64,000 bases of DNA from Selaginella moellendorffii. Its lineage: Eukaryota > Plantae > Lycopodiophyta. Both the position numbers and the translations under genes were made by a program. The notes under the pieces are model-generated. The model ran no database searches, was not told the DNA's origin, and worked only from the letters and a program-made list of their open reading frames with translations. Shown here one piece after another: positions 48,420 through 60,700 of this stretch. Every line of letters starts with the position of its first letter. Position 1 is the stretch's first letter. The DNA lies in the NCBI RefSeq assembly GCF_000143415.4, contig NW_003314281.1, positions 2,132,493 through 2,196,492 of the forward strand, written 5' to 3'.

Positions 48420-51400
48420 TCTCAATATCGATGTACATCAGTGACATGCACATGTTTTTCCACAATATTGGCGTTCTGGGCTACCTCTTCGTGGATTTCA
48501 GGGAATATTGAGGTGGCTTCTTCCCAAATTCCTGTGATAGAGGGTAAGTCAATGGTTACGTGTGCTTAAGGCATACATCTCCTTTCCATTTCAGCCCTTA
48601 TTTATCTTTGTTGCAAGCATTTTGGGCAACTTTGAGCAACTTGAGCACTAGCCTACAATCTTCTTGCTCCTGTCAACCCAGTTGCCTTGACTGGGCATTT
48701 GCAGTGTTAAGGGTATTTGATGATGGTTCAAACTAGACGTACGACAAATTGGCACCCTTCTACCTTACCTCAAAGCCCTAAGGTACGGAGTAAACTTTCT
48801 AACATTCAAAGGCAGCTTAGGTATGACACTGCACCTTCTCAGGCCGAGTCCTCTTCATCCTCGGCAAATTCCAATGACTTAGATGTACGAGCTATGGCAC
48901 AGCCACATTTAGCTCAACCTCAACTCCATGTTTTGCAGAAGGGGAGTCATCTGCCGACCTTCTCAGGTGTTGGAACAGTCTCTCCAACATCGCATATTAG
49001 TCTCTTTGATTACTACTACACCACAAACATGATTGTCGATGATGATCATATATGCTGTGACTTCTTGCAGTCTCTTGAAGGCAAAACAGCAACTTGGGCA
49101 GATTCTCTCCTCCTAGAGGACTAGACAGACTTCCAGACACTACTTGGTTCTTTCAGAGAACGCTTTATTGAAGAAAAACCCACAAATCGGCTACATGTCG
49201 ACCTCTTTTTGTTCCAGCAGGGTGCTCACGAGTCTGTTTCTGACTACATCACCCAGTTTTGAGCATACTGGAAGCAGTGTTGGGATCGGAAAGTGGTCCA
49301 AGATTTGCAAATGGGGATCACGACATTCACAGCGGGTCTGCGTGGGAACTTGCAGCGAAACATTCTTAAGAAGACATTCAAGTTTTGTCGTGAGGCATTT
49401 TCATTTGCCACGAAGCTGGAAACAAAGCTTCCTGGGGATTGCTAGAGTTGATTTCAACCAGGCCGTCACCCTGTCAGAGTCACCTTGTGTAGCTGTTCGC
49501 CCATCCACAACAAAACCCGTCGCTATTGAGCATACACCTCCGTCTATTGAGAACTTTGCCAACGAGATATGGCAGTTGAAGGAGATCATTCTTCAGCAAC
49601 AATCACACCATGACAAATTGCTCCAAGAGCTGGTGGAGTCTAGGAAAGAGGCCACTACAACTCAGGAACGCAGATTTAAATCCTGTTGGTGCACTCACTA
49701 CGAGACGAATACACACAACATGCAACGCTGCTTCAAGCTTCACCCAAAGCTTTGGCCTCCACCTTCCCAATGTGTCCAACAACGTCCCTTTGCTAATAAT
49801 TCTACATCGTCTCGGGGTCCAGAGATATATCAGGAGTAGTTGGAGCGACAAGCAATTGAGGCAGCCCCTTCGTCAAGCAAAGGCAAGGTACCTACTTCAT
49901 CAGTCAACACGATTTTGGCAGCTCTATACAGGTAGTAGCAGCAAACTGCAGCCACTTGAGCCCAAGCGAAGAAGGCAACCACTCAGCCCGGCATCAGTTG
50001 AGAGTGAATCTCTGTCGGCACCAAATTCAGTGACATAGAAGGTGGCTTGTAAACTCCCTTTCAAGTCACTACTCTCTTCTCCTCTTAAGATCTCACCAAT
50101 AGCTACTCCTGTTTTGGAGCTGGTTCTTCAACAGCTAGTTGACACTCTCGTCACCTTTTCGCTCCGAGATATGTTGTGTCTTGTCTCGGGATTTGGCTAG
50201 CGTTTAGAGGAGTTTGCACGGTCAGGAACACTAGAGAGCACTCTCAAGGGGTGCACATTGTCGACATGACAAGATATGGTGGAGATCCTGGCCCATTCTT
50301 CGTCCTGGTGCAGACTGGTACTTCCTCTTGTAGGATGGATGCTTTGGATGACTCCGGTTCTGGAAGCAATATTTTCTCTCTTGAAGCTGCCCTTTCGGCA
50401 CAGCTATAGATTAAATGAGAGCTCCTCCATCATGCTCAAGACCTTCGCCAACCACACCGTTCCTCCAGCGGGCATTTGCTGGGGTGTTATTTCTGAGGTA
50501 GATTTCCTCGTGGTTGACTACCAACGTCTTGGAACATCCTCATTGGAGGACTCTATCATCCTTGGCCGCTCATGGCAAGTCACAACCCATTGCACCATTG
50601 ACAATGCACAAGGCAAGATGGAAATTAATGATGGAACCCATAGCGCCACCTTTCTCAACAACCATAGTAGAGCTCTTTCTCAACAAGCCCTGCAAGCTCA
50701 GACTAAGATGGCCTCCACACCACACTTCCCTTCCGAGCTCACAGAGGTTTTTCCTGAGTTGGCAGTGGAGTCGACCATCTATATGACAGATGCTTTCTCC
50801 TGCAATGCAATTGACATGGTTGGAGGTGAGTCAGATAGCCTGAGACATCTCTCAGCTTCACTCTCTTTATTTGAGAGTAAGTCCGAGCCTCTAGCCACAC
50901 CCTCTTTATTTGATGGAAGGGCTTACAGAGTACGGGCCCATCTTTCACAAGACACAGCTGAACTCAATCCTCCTCAACAACTATCTGAAGTGTCATACAG
51001 CTAGCATCTCCCTACTAAAATTGTGGTAGCTGATGACTCCAAGCATATTTTGTCATGTTGTTGCTTGGAGATGGAGGATGACATCCAGACACAGAATTTG
51101 TAGAAAGAATCAAGCCAATCAGACATGCTGTGTGCGAGTTATAGTTCTTTGAGTTCAGAATTTCCTACTGTGGAGCCCCCAGTACTCCAACCACCAGAAC
51201 GACAACTTCCTTTCAAAATTCCCATCATGACAGGTACAGAGGCTTTTGGAGTGTGCCTTTGCCAATGTTCACAGCCTGGCAAGCCACCACATGCAACATA
51301 CTATGCCTCACATTCGTTCAAGGAGACTGAAAAGAAGTACGTGGATGCGGAAAAAGAAGCGGTGGCTGTTGTTTATACCTTGGAGTGATTTTGTCACTTT

Positions 51401-52520
51401 TTCATTGGAGCCCGTATCCATTTCCATGTCTGTTTTACTGTGCTGACCTTTCTTTTATAGTGACAGATTCACAGTCCTCGTACATTATTTTGGATTGTGA
51501 CCATCCAAGAGTTCCAACCAACTTTTCACATGCGGCGGAAGTGTGTGATGGATCCGAGTGAGTTCCTGGTTGCCAAAGCTGCTTCCTTTGTGGTCCCAGC
51601 AACATTATAGGACATTGTAGTTTACCTGGATTCAGATTAATTCCCAGCAGATTCCTCACCAGTACAACAAAAGGCATTGGAGATCCGAGCACGGGGGTTT
51701 TGCCTTCTCGACGGACACCTTTATAGGAGGACTTCTCAGGAAGTTTTGCTGCAGTGTGTGGGTGAACATGAGGTTACTGAGCTCCTTTGCATTTTCCACT
51801 CTTGTGCGGGGCATTTCTCAAGACGGATCACAGCACAACTCCTCTTGCGCCATGGCTATTTTTGGCATCGGATTCACCAGGATAGCTTGGCCTATACAAA
51901 GGCATGTGAGCAGTGCCAACAGTTCAACTCTCAAAGCCATGTTCTATGTCTTCCTTTCCAGCTCATTACTTCTCCAGGTCTCTTTTACCAGTGGGGACTT
52001 GACTTCGTCGGCCCGATCAACCCACCAAGCTTAGAAGGACTGCTTGAGGTCACATTTACACCATACCATGGACACACATATATGCACCAGCAGCAAAAGA
52101 CACCACTTCATTTGGACGTGCTGTTTCCGAGATATTCTTACGACCATTTGCCGACGATGCACTAGCTTTTCTGGAGCGACTTTCTTCCGACCGGGTGAGC
52201 TTGTTCACTCAAGGCACCTAGGCAGATCTTTAGGCGAGGCCACAGAAGCCAAAGCCACTTTCTTTTGCTCCAGCACTCAATGGACACATGCTACCTCTCT
52301 TTACCAGCAACCCAGCGACAACACTGTCCTTTTCAGCTACTGACTTCTTCAGTCCGACATTTCAGAGATGGCCACCTCCTCAAACTGCCACCACCATCTC
52401 GGTGCTCCACCATATCACTCCACCATATCGGTGCTAGAGCAGGAATAGGAGTAGGAGTGAGAGCAGGTGGTTACCGGTTACAGGTACCCGGCTACTGGTT
52501 ACTAGTTACCAGTTACTGGC
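48420..52520 (+). mobile_element. Second, tandem, internally deleted copy of the same Tat-like gypsy (gag, PR, RH, partial IN)
   Basis: 48720-51180 parallels 28150-29799 plus 43331-44316; jumps to the RH region at ~51180 and to the post-IN region at ~52040 (matching 47945-48420). Confidence 0.85.
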
Positions 52521-52524
52521 TACT

Positions 52525-55500
52525 TGTAGCGCACCTTATCTCTCTCCCCTTAAGCCAACTGGAAAAGGGGCAATTGCTTGATGAGAGAGCCCTTAGTGGC
52601 TATTTTATCCCCATTTATCCCCTAAGGTTCCAAGGATCCACGGTGACAGTATATCCAAATCTCATCCCATGATCACATGCGCTACACTCACCCCCCCTTC
52701 AGAGATGTCAATGTCCTCATTGACTATTGACTAACAACCCCTACTAAGCCAAGGGGAACCAACACCTCCATTTCCACACTCAATCTACCAATCCTTCCAT
52801 TGTGTAGACCAGCTATTCCATGTGAGGCAACTAGTCATCCACCCGTACCACAGTCCCACGGTGGATACCTTCGTCCGTGGATACTCCACACAAGAGGAAG
52901 GACGTACGCATGGATGCCCAATACGTACGATTTCAAATTTAGGGGTAGGAATACCTTGCTCAAGGGTATATTATACTTTTAAGTGCCACTAATCAATGGG
53001 AATCGAACCCTCGCGTATTGAGATTGGTCCCTCAATATTGCTACATGATAGCTTACCGTGTCTGCCAAACACCCTCGCTATCATGCCCTTTGTGTTAGTC
53101 TCATTTCGGTCCCAAATGCTATTTATGGAAAGTGTCCAGATTTGCTCATTTGGCATATCTACGGAATGTAGGGATTGTCCTGAACACAATGGTGTTCATT
53201 CCATGTCCAAATTCACAATCTAGGGACATTCCATATTTAGTAAGTTTCGAGCTTGTCCCAGAGACTAACTCCTGATACTAAGGGAGGCTTGGGGTGAAAG
53301 CCCAAAGCGTGTGTTCCTCAAGGGGGGGGGGGGGCTGTGGGGGGTTCCAAATGTATAGTAGGGATAGTGGGTAGGTCGGGCATGGCCGACCAACCTGAGG
53401 CATAGTCTAGCTCCTGCTTGCGTGCCTGTCCTTGTTCTGCGTCCGGCTTGGGTCTAAGCCCAAGTTCCATTCCATGCTAGTTGGTGGAGTACCCATGTCC
53501 TCGCGTTAGGCCACCGGTATGCCGAAATAGCGCCAGACTCCGTTTGGCTCTGTTTTGCGTGCTGGTCCTGGCATTGGGATGTTGGTTGCTCTAGGACTGT
53601 TCCAAGTCGCTCCGGGCCCCTGTCCCTTCGCTCCTTGGGCTTTATGCTCGGGAGTTGCTCCGTGGTTCGGTTCCATCACTCCTTGGCTCCATGTTTGGGA
53701 GTTTGGCACCGTTCCTTCGTTCAGTGGCCCAAGGCCCTGAACCTCGGGTTCCTGTGGGCACATGGCATGGACACGTGGCATGTGACACGTGGCATTTGTC
53801 ACGTGGCACAAAGAGGGTTTAGGTTCCGCTTCGTGGTGTTATCCTATGGTAAATCACCATAGGATAAAGGGTCAAAACCACGTGCGAAGGGACAGGGGCC
53901 CGGAGCGACTTGGAACAGTCCTAGAGCAACCAACATCCCAATGCCAGGACCAGCACGCAAAACGGAGCCAAACGGAGTCTGGCGCTATTTCGGCATACCG
54001 GTGGCCTAATGCAAGGACATGGGTACTCCACCAACTAGCATGGAATGGAACTTGGGCTTAGACCCAAGCCGGACGCAGAACAAGGACAGGCACGCAAGCA
54101 GGAGCTAGACTATGCCTCAGGTTGGTCGGCCATGCCCGACCTACCCACTATCCCTACTATACATTTGGAACCCCCCACAGCCCCCCCCCCCCTTGAGGAA
54201 CACACGCTTTGGGCTTTCACCCCAAGCCTCCCTTAGTATCAGGAGTTAGTCTCTGGGACAAGCTCGAAACTTACTAAATATGGAATGTCCCTAGATTGCG
54301 AATTTGGACATGGGACGAACACCATTGTGTTCAGGACGATCTCTACATTCCGTAGATATGCCAAATGAGCAAATCTGGACACTTTCCATAAATAGCATTT
54401 GGGACCGAATTGAGACTAACACAAAGGGCATGATAGCGAGGGTGTTTGGCAGACACGGTAAGCTATCATGTAACAATATTGAGGGACCAATCTCAATACG
54501 CGAGGGTTCTTGTCAAGCCAGTGCAAGACAGAGCAAAAGAGAACTAACAAGCTGGGCCAAGTATGCTCAGCTAAATAGACACTTAGGAATTCCTTCCTTA
54601 TGCTCATCCGGCCAAGTACAGATGCAAAGTCCAGTTTACTAACACTTGAACAAGAGGGGCTAATAAAGGGAACCAGCAGTACCGACCTCCTGCCATCGTG
54701 GCAGTAAGGTAAGAGTGTCCGTAAGGACTGGTCGACAGGTAACTTTCGATACCCAAAGTCACATTCGCGACACTCTCCCCCCCTAGGGAAGATCGACGTC
54801 CTCGTCGATGCACACTCGAGTCTAGAATACTGCCAAGGAAACAACTCCAGAAAAAGTTCACGGTACTCACACTATGTGAGAAATGCACCAACTTAAATGA
54901 GTTAGGGGGCAACCTCTTTGTCTAACGCGGATGCGCTACCAGCTCAGACACCTTCCGGCCGTCACTGACAAGGAAATGACCAATGGAGTCAGCCACCCTT
55001 GCTGCTCTAGGAGTCACCCAGCTTACAAAAGTGTGATACGCCCCTGCCCGCAAGGACATAGAGAGAGAAGCCAGAGGCCCCAACCCTCCTAAGCAAAGAA
55101 ACCAAACCCGTCGGTAAGGTTTAGATAGACTACTGTAAACAGGCAGTTAGAGTTGTTTACACGGTCACGCCCTTTTAACGGAATAAGGAACATTGACAGA
55201 GAGGCGGGTTATGTGACCAGTCGACAGTAGCTACCCCATGACTAGAGATTTCACCATGCACACAAAGTGCCGAAGCCAGTCTGCCTATACTGGCCCAAAC
55301 TCAAAGATTAATAGATGGACAATATCAAAGTCAGAGACAATGATATCTTAGAAGCTTAATTATCAGTGATTATATCTTAGAGTAGAACACAAAAGTATTC
55401 TAAGCAAGTTATCATCCGATAAATCAGTATTATAGTAGATAGGAACCACCAAGATCATCATAATTTGGCAAACACAGGAATGACCATCCAACAAAATTCA

Positions 55501-57797
55501 ATAGCAAGGGTATCATCAAGAAAACTCAATGACCAAACTTAACTATCAAAGATTGCAGAACAACTTACCAAAGAAAACTCAAAGAACACAAAATATTATT
55601 GACTGACAAGCACAATGCTCGCGAATGTATCACCCGAAGGAAATAACATCCCAATCTATCAAAACTAACTCGAGCAATAGTCAACAGAACAGAATGAATG
55701 TGGCAAGACCAACAAACACTCGTTAATGCCAACTATCACACTAGCTAATCCGAATAGATCCCAGCTAACAATACCAAGGAACTTAAGTTGCTTAAGCAAG
55801 TGTTAGCAACATCCTATTGATGTCTCAAACCCAAGAGACCAATCCAAAGCAAACCACAAAGAACATGTGGTATTGCGAAAAGCCAAAAGCTATCAAAAAG
55901 AACAACTAACCACCATAAAAGATCATCAATTATCCCATCAAAAAGATATGCCAAACCATCGTCAAAGAAATAATCTACCATCCCAAAGAACGACAAATCA
56001 TTCTATACCAACAATAATCAAGCAAAATCTTTTGATAAGGACAAACAACTATCCCAGATGATAGTCAATCATCACTAATGATTGCTAGATGCAAAAACCA
56101 ACTTGAACATTGAAGCTAAAGAGCCAAAATGCCTTCCCCAACAACTTCTAACAAATGGAACAATGAACATGAAAACTCAAAGAACCAAAAGCTCAAAGAA
56201 GTTTATAGCTAAGTCTTGCCTAATAATGATCACGAGTCTCGCATGGACTAACTTCAATGCTGAAGAAAAAATCATGGTGCAACCCACAATATCCTCCTCA
56301 ACATATCTATAAGCCAAACTTTATAATGCAAAGCTAATGAAGAGCATGTCTGCATCAATCCAAAAGCTAAGCATAACGAAGCTATGCTGGACAAGTGATC
56401 ACCAAACGATCCTCCATGAATCCATCCATAGCAAGACGTAACTCACTTCATAACAAGCACAAAAAGAATCATCAATGATTGATATATCCCAATGCAAACC
56501 CAACAAGGGACCAACATCTTCAATATCAATCACTAACTCTTCATCTTTGTAGAGTTAGCATAGTCCATGACTAAATCACTTTTCAAGGAAAAGCCAAAGC
56601 TTAACCCTTACTAAATAATCTTGTCTAGAACACAACTAACTTAAATTTGTCACTCAGTTCATTTGAACGTCAACATAGTTGCTAACTAGCAAATGCACGA
56701 ATGCTAATAACACAAAGCCATAGCCAAATCATCAACACTATCTTTATCAAAACTAATGAAACTCGACATCAATCTTGCGGAGAGACATCTCATTTCACTA
56801 GAATCTCAACATCAACAATGTCAACGACAAGGCATCACTTCAATGCCATCAACACTAGAACAAAGCTAGAAGAAAGCACAAGTGAATCACCACTCAAAGC
56901 TCTCTAACAACTAAGCTAACCAAGGTCGAAAATACTTTAGTTAGTATCCGAGACCAATTTCTCAACAATACTCAGGTACAGATAACACTTCCTCAAGGAG
57001 TGAATCACCACGTCCAAGACTCCATGAATCCAACACTATGAACTAAACGCAACCAAATGATATCAACAGAGGTAGAGTCGACATGCCAACATGGAAAACC
57101 CATGTAAGTCTAACGACATGATCCTCCGCAACCCCATTCGGTAAAGCAGGCCCATCACTGATAAATCTTCATCGAGTGAAGCAAGTGTCAACAGTCCTTG
57201 ACAAAGTCTACAAGCAATCACTAGTTGCCAAGCAACTAACCATTATTTTTTTTTTCAACTTGCTTTCATGAGACCCAAACACTAAACTCACGTCATTTAG
57301 TCATACACTTGTCCAACATGAACGTGATACCTTCGGTATGAGATAAAAGTTCATTGACAAGCACAAACTAAATGACCACTCGAATCCAACTCAACTGCAA
57401 TAAGCTCACTAATGCATTTAGCCAATAGCTCTGAGCATGCCTTAAAGAGGCTAGCTATGCATGATCAACACTTAGCCGAAACTAAAGTGAAGTTCATGAG
57501 ATGAACTCATATCAGTACACAACCTCCTCATAGACCAAGCTATAGTACGGGTACCAACATCTCAACTGCAAACAACTAAGTTGGACATCACTATCCTCAG
57601 CCAAGGCGCAAAGCCATCAAGACCAAATCAAGATCAGTGAGAGCTCACTACTCTCATAGAGTCTAACGAAATGCAAAGTGCAACCTACCACCAAGCATAA
57701 CGCTACAAAAGAAAGGCACATGGGTCACCTTTCTAGAAAAGTGCAACGGCCACTTTTCTACATTAACTCCAGACTCTATCCAACTCAATTGCCTTAG
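52525..57797 (-). mobile_element. Non-coding LTR element copy A: rearranged LTR (52525-55161) and internal region cut off at 57797
   Basis: tgtagcgcac start, gtttaca end at 55161, followed by cggtcacgcccttttaa (PPT-like on the minus strand); 55162-57797 is homologous to 59337-61970. Confidence 0.8.
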
Positions 57798-60700
57798 TGT
57801 AGCGCACGTGGTTTTGACCCTTTATCCTATGGTGATTTACCATAGGATAACACCACGAAGCGGAACCTAAACCCTCTTTGTGCCACGTGACAAATGCCAC
57901 GTGTCACATGCCACGTGTCCATGCCATGTGCCCACAGGAACCCGAGGTTCAGGGCCTTGGGCCACTGAACGAAGGAACGGTGCCAAACTCCCAAACATGG
58001 AGCCAAGGAGTGATGGAACCGAACCACGGAGCAACTCCCGAGCATAAAGCCCAAGGAGCGAAGGGACAGGGGCCCGGAGCGACTTGGAACAGTCCTAGAG
58101 CAACCAACATCCCAATGCCAGGACCAGCACGCAAAACGGAGCCAAACGGAGTCTGGCGCTATTTCGGCATACCGGTGGCCTAACGCGAGGACATGGGTAC
58201 TCCACCAACTAGCATGGAATGGAACTTGGGCTTAGACCCAAGCCGGACGCAGAACAAGGACAGGCACGCAAGCAGGAGCTAGACTATGCCTCACGTTGGT
58301 CGGCCATGCCCGACCTACCCACTATCCCTACTATACATTTGGAACCCCCCACAGCCCCCCCCCCCCCTTGAGGAACACACGCTTTGGGCTTTCACCCCAA
58401 GCCTCCCTTAGTATCAGGAGTTAGTCTCTGGGACAAGCTCGAAACTTACTAAATATGGAATGTCCCTAGATTGTGAATTTGGACATGGAATGAACACCAT
58501 TGTGTTCAGGACGATCCCTACATTCCATAGATATGCCAAATGAGCAAATCTGGACACTTTCCATAAATAGCATTTGGGACCGAAATGAGACTAACACAAA
58601 GGGCATGATAGCGAGGGTGTTTGGCAGACACGGTAAGCTATCATGTAGCAATATTGAGGGACCAATCTCAATACGCGAGGGTTTTTGTCAAGCCAGTGCA
58701 AGACAGAGCAAAAGAGAACTAACAAGCCGGGCCAAGTATGCTCAGCTAAATAGACACTTAGGAATTCCTTCCTTATGCTCATCCGGCCAAGTACAGATGC
58801 AAAGTCCAGTTTACTAACACTTGAACAAGAGGGGCTAATAAAGGGAACCAGCAGTACCGACCTCCTGCCATCGTGGCAGTAAGGTAAGAGTGTCCGTAAG
58901 GACTGGTCGACAGGTAACTTTCGATACCCAAAGTCACATTCGCGACACTCTCCCCCCCTAGGGAAGATCGACGTCCTCGTCGATGCACACTCGAGTCTAG
59001 AATACCGCCAAGGAAACAACTCCAGAAAAAGTTCACGGTACTCACACTATGTGAGAAATGCACCAACTTAAATGAGTTAGGGGGCAACCTCTTTGTCTAA
59101 CGCGGATGCGCTACCAGCTCAGACACCTTCCGGCCATCACCGACAAGGAAATGACCAACGGAGTCAGCCACCCTTGCTGCTCTGGGAGTCACCCAGCTTA
59201 CAAAAGTGTGATACGCCCCTGCCTGCAAGGACATAGAGAGAGAAGCCAGAGGCCCCAACCCTCCTAAGCAAAGAAACCAAACCCGTCGGTAAGGTTTAGA
59301 TAGACTACTGTAAACAGGCAGTTAGAGTTGTTTACACGGTCACGCCCTTTTAACGGAATAAGGAACATCGACAGAGAGGCGGGTTATGTGACCAGTCGAC
59401 AGTAGCTACCCCATGACTAGAGATTTCACCATGCACACGAAGTGCCGAAGCCAGTCTGCCTATACTGGCCCAAACTCAAAGATCAATAGATGGACAATAT
59501 CAAAGTCATAGACAATGATATCTTAGAGACTTAATTATCAGTGAGTATATCTTAGATTAGAACACAAAAGTATTACAAGTAAGTTATCATCCGATAAACT
59601 AGTATTATAGTATATGAACCACCAAGATCATCAGAATTGGTAAACATAGGATTCACCATCAAACAAAATTCAATAGCAAGTATATCATCAAGTAAACTCA
59701 ATGATAAAGCTTAACTATTAAAGATTGCAGACAGAATGCCAAACAACTTACGAAAGATAACTCAAAGAACACAAAGTATTATTGACTAACAAGCACAATG
59801 CTCGCGAATGTATCACCCGAAGGAAATAACATCCCAACCTATCAGAACTAACTCAAGCAATAATCAACAGAAGAGAATGAATGTGGTAAGACCAACAAAC
59901 ACTCATTCGTGCCAACTAACACAAAAGCCAATCTGAATAGATCCCAGCCAACAATACCAAGGAACTCAAGTTGCATAAGCAAGTGTCAGCAACATCCTAC
60001 TGATGTCTCTAACCCAAGAGACCAATCCAGAGCAAATCACAAAAAATATGTGGTATTGCGAAAAGCCAAAAGCCATCAAAGAGAATAACCAACTATCATG
60101 AAAGATTGTCAATCATCCCATCAATAAAGAGATGCATAATCATTGTCAAAGAAGGAATCCACCATCCCGCAGAATGGCAAATCATTCTATATTAACAATA
60201 ATCAAGCAAAACTTGTGATAAAGATAATCAACTACCCTAGATGATAGTCAATCATCACCAATGATTGCTAGATGCAAATACTAACTTCATCGAAGCTAAC
60301 AAGCCAAAATGTCTTCCCCAACAACTTCTAACCAATGGTCCACAAGCATGAAAGCTCAAGGAACCAAAAGCTCGAAGAAACTTATAGCCAAGTCTTGCCT
60401 AACAATGATCACGAGTCTCGCATGAACTAACTTCAACGCTAAAGAAGAAATCGTGGTACAACCCACAATATCCTCCTCAACACATCTATAAGCTAAACTT
60501 CTTAGTGCAAAGCTAATGAAGAGCATGTCTGCATCAATCCAAAAGCTAAGCATAACAAAGCTATGCTCAACAAGTGATCACCAAACGATCCTCCATGAAT
60601 CCATCTATAGCAAGACGTAACTCACTTCATAACAAGCACAAGAAGAATCATCAATGATCGATATATTCCAACTCAAATCCAATAAGGATTCAAACATTCC

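Noticed and set aside
52989-59087. Repeated 60-140 aa ORFs in the LTRs
   Set aside because: Recur only because the LTR is repeated; no protein motifs.
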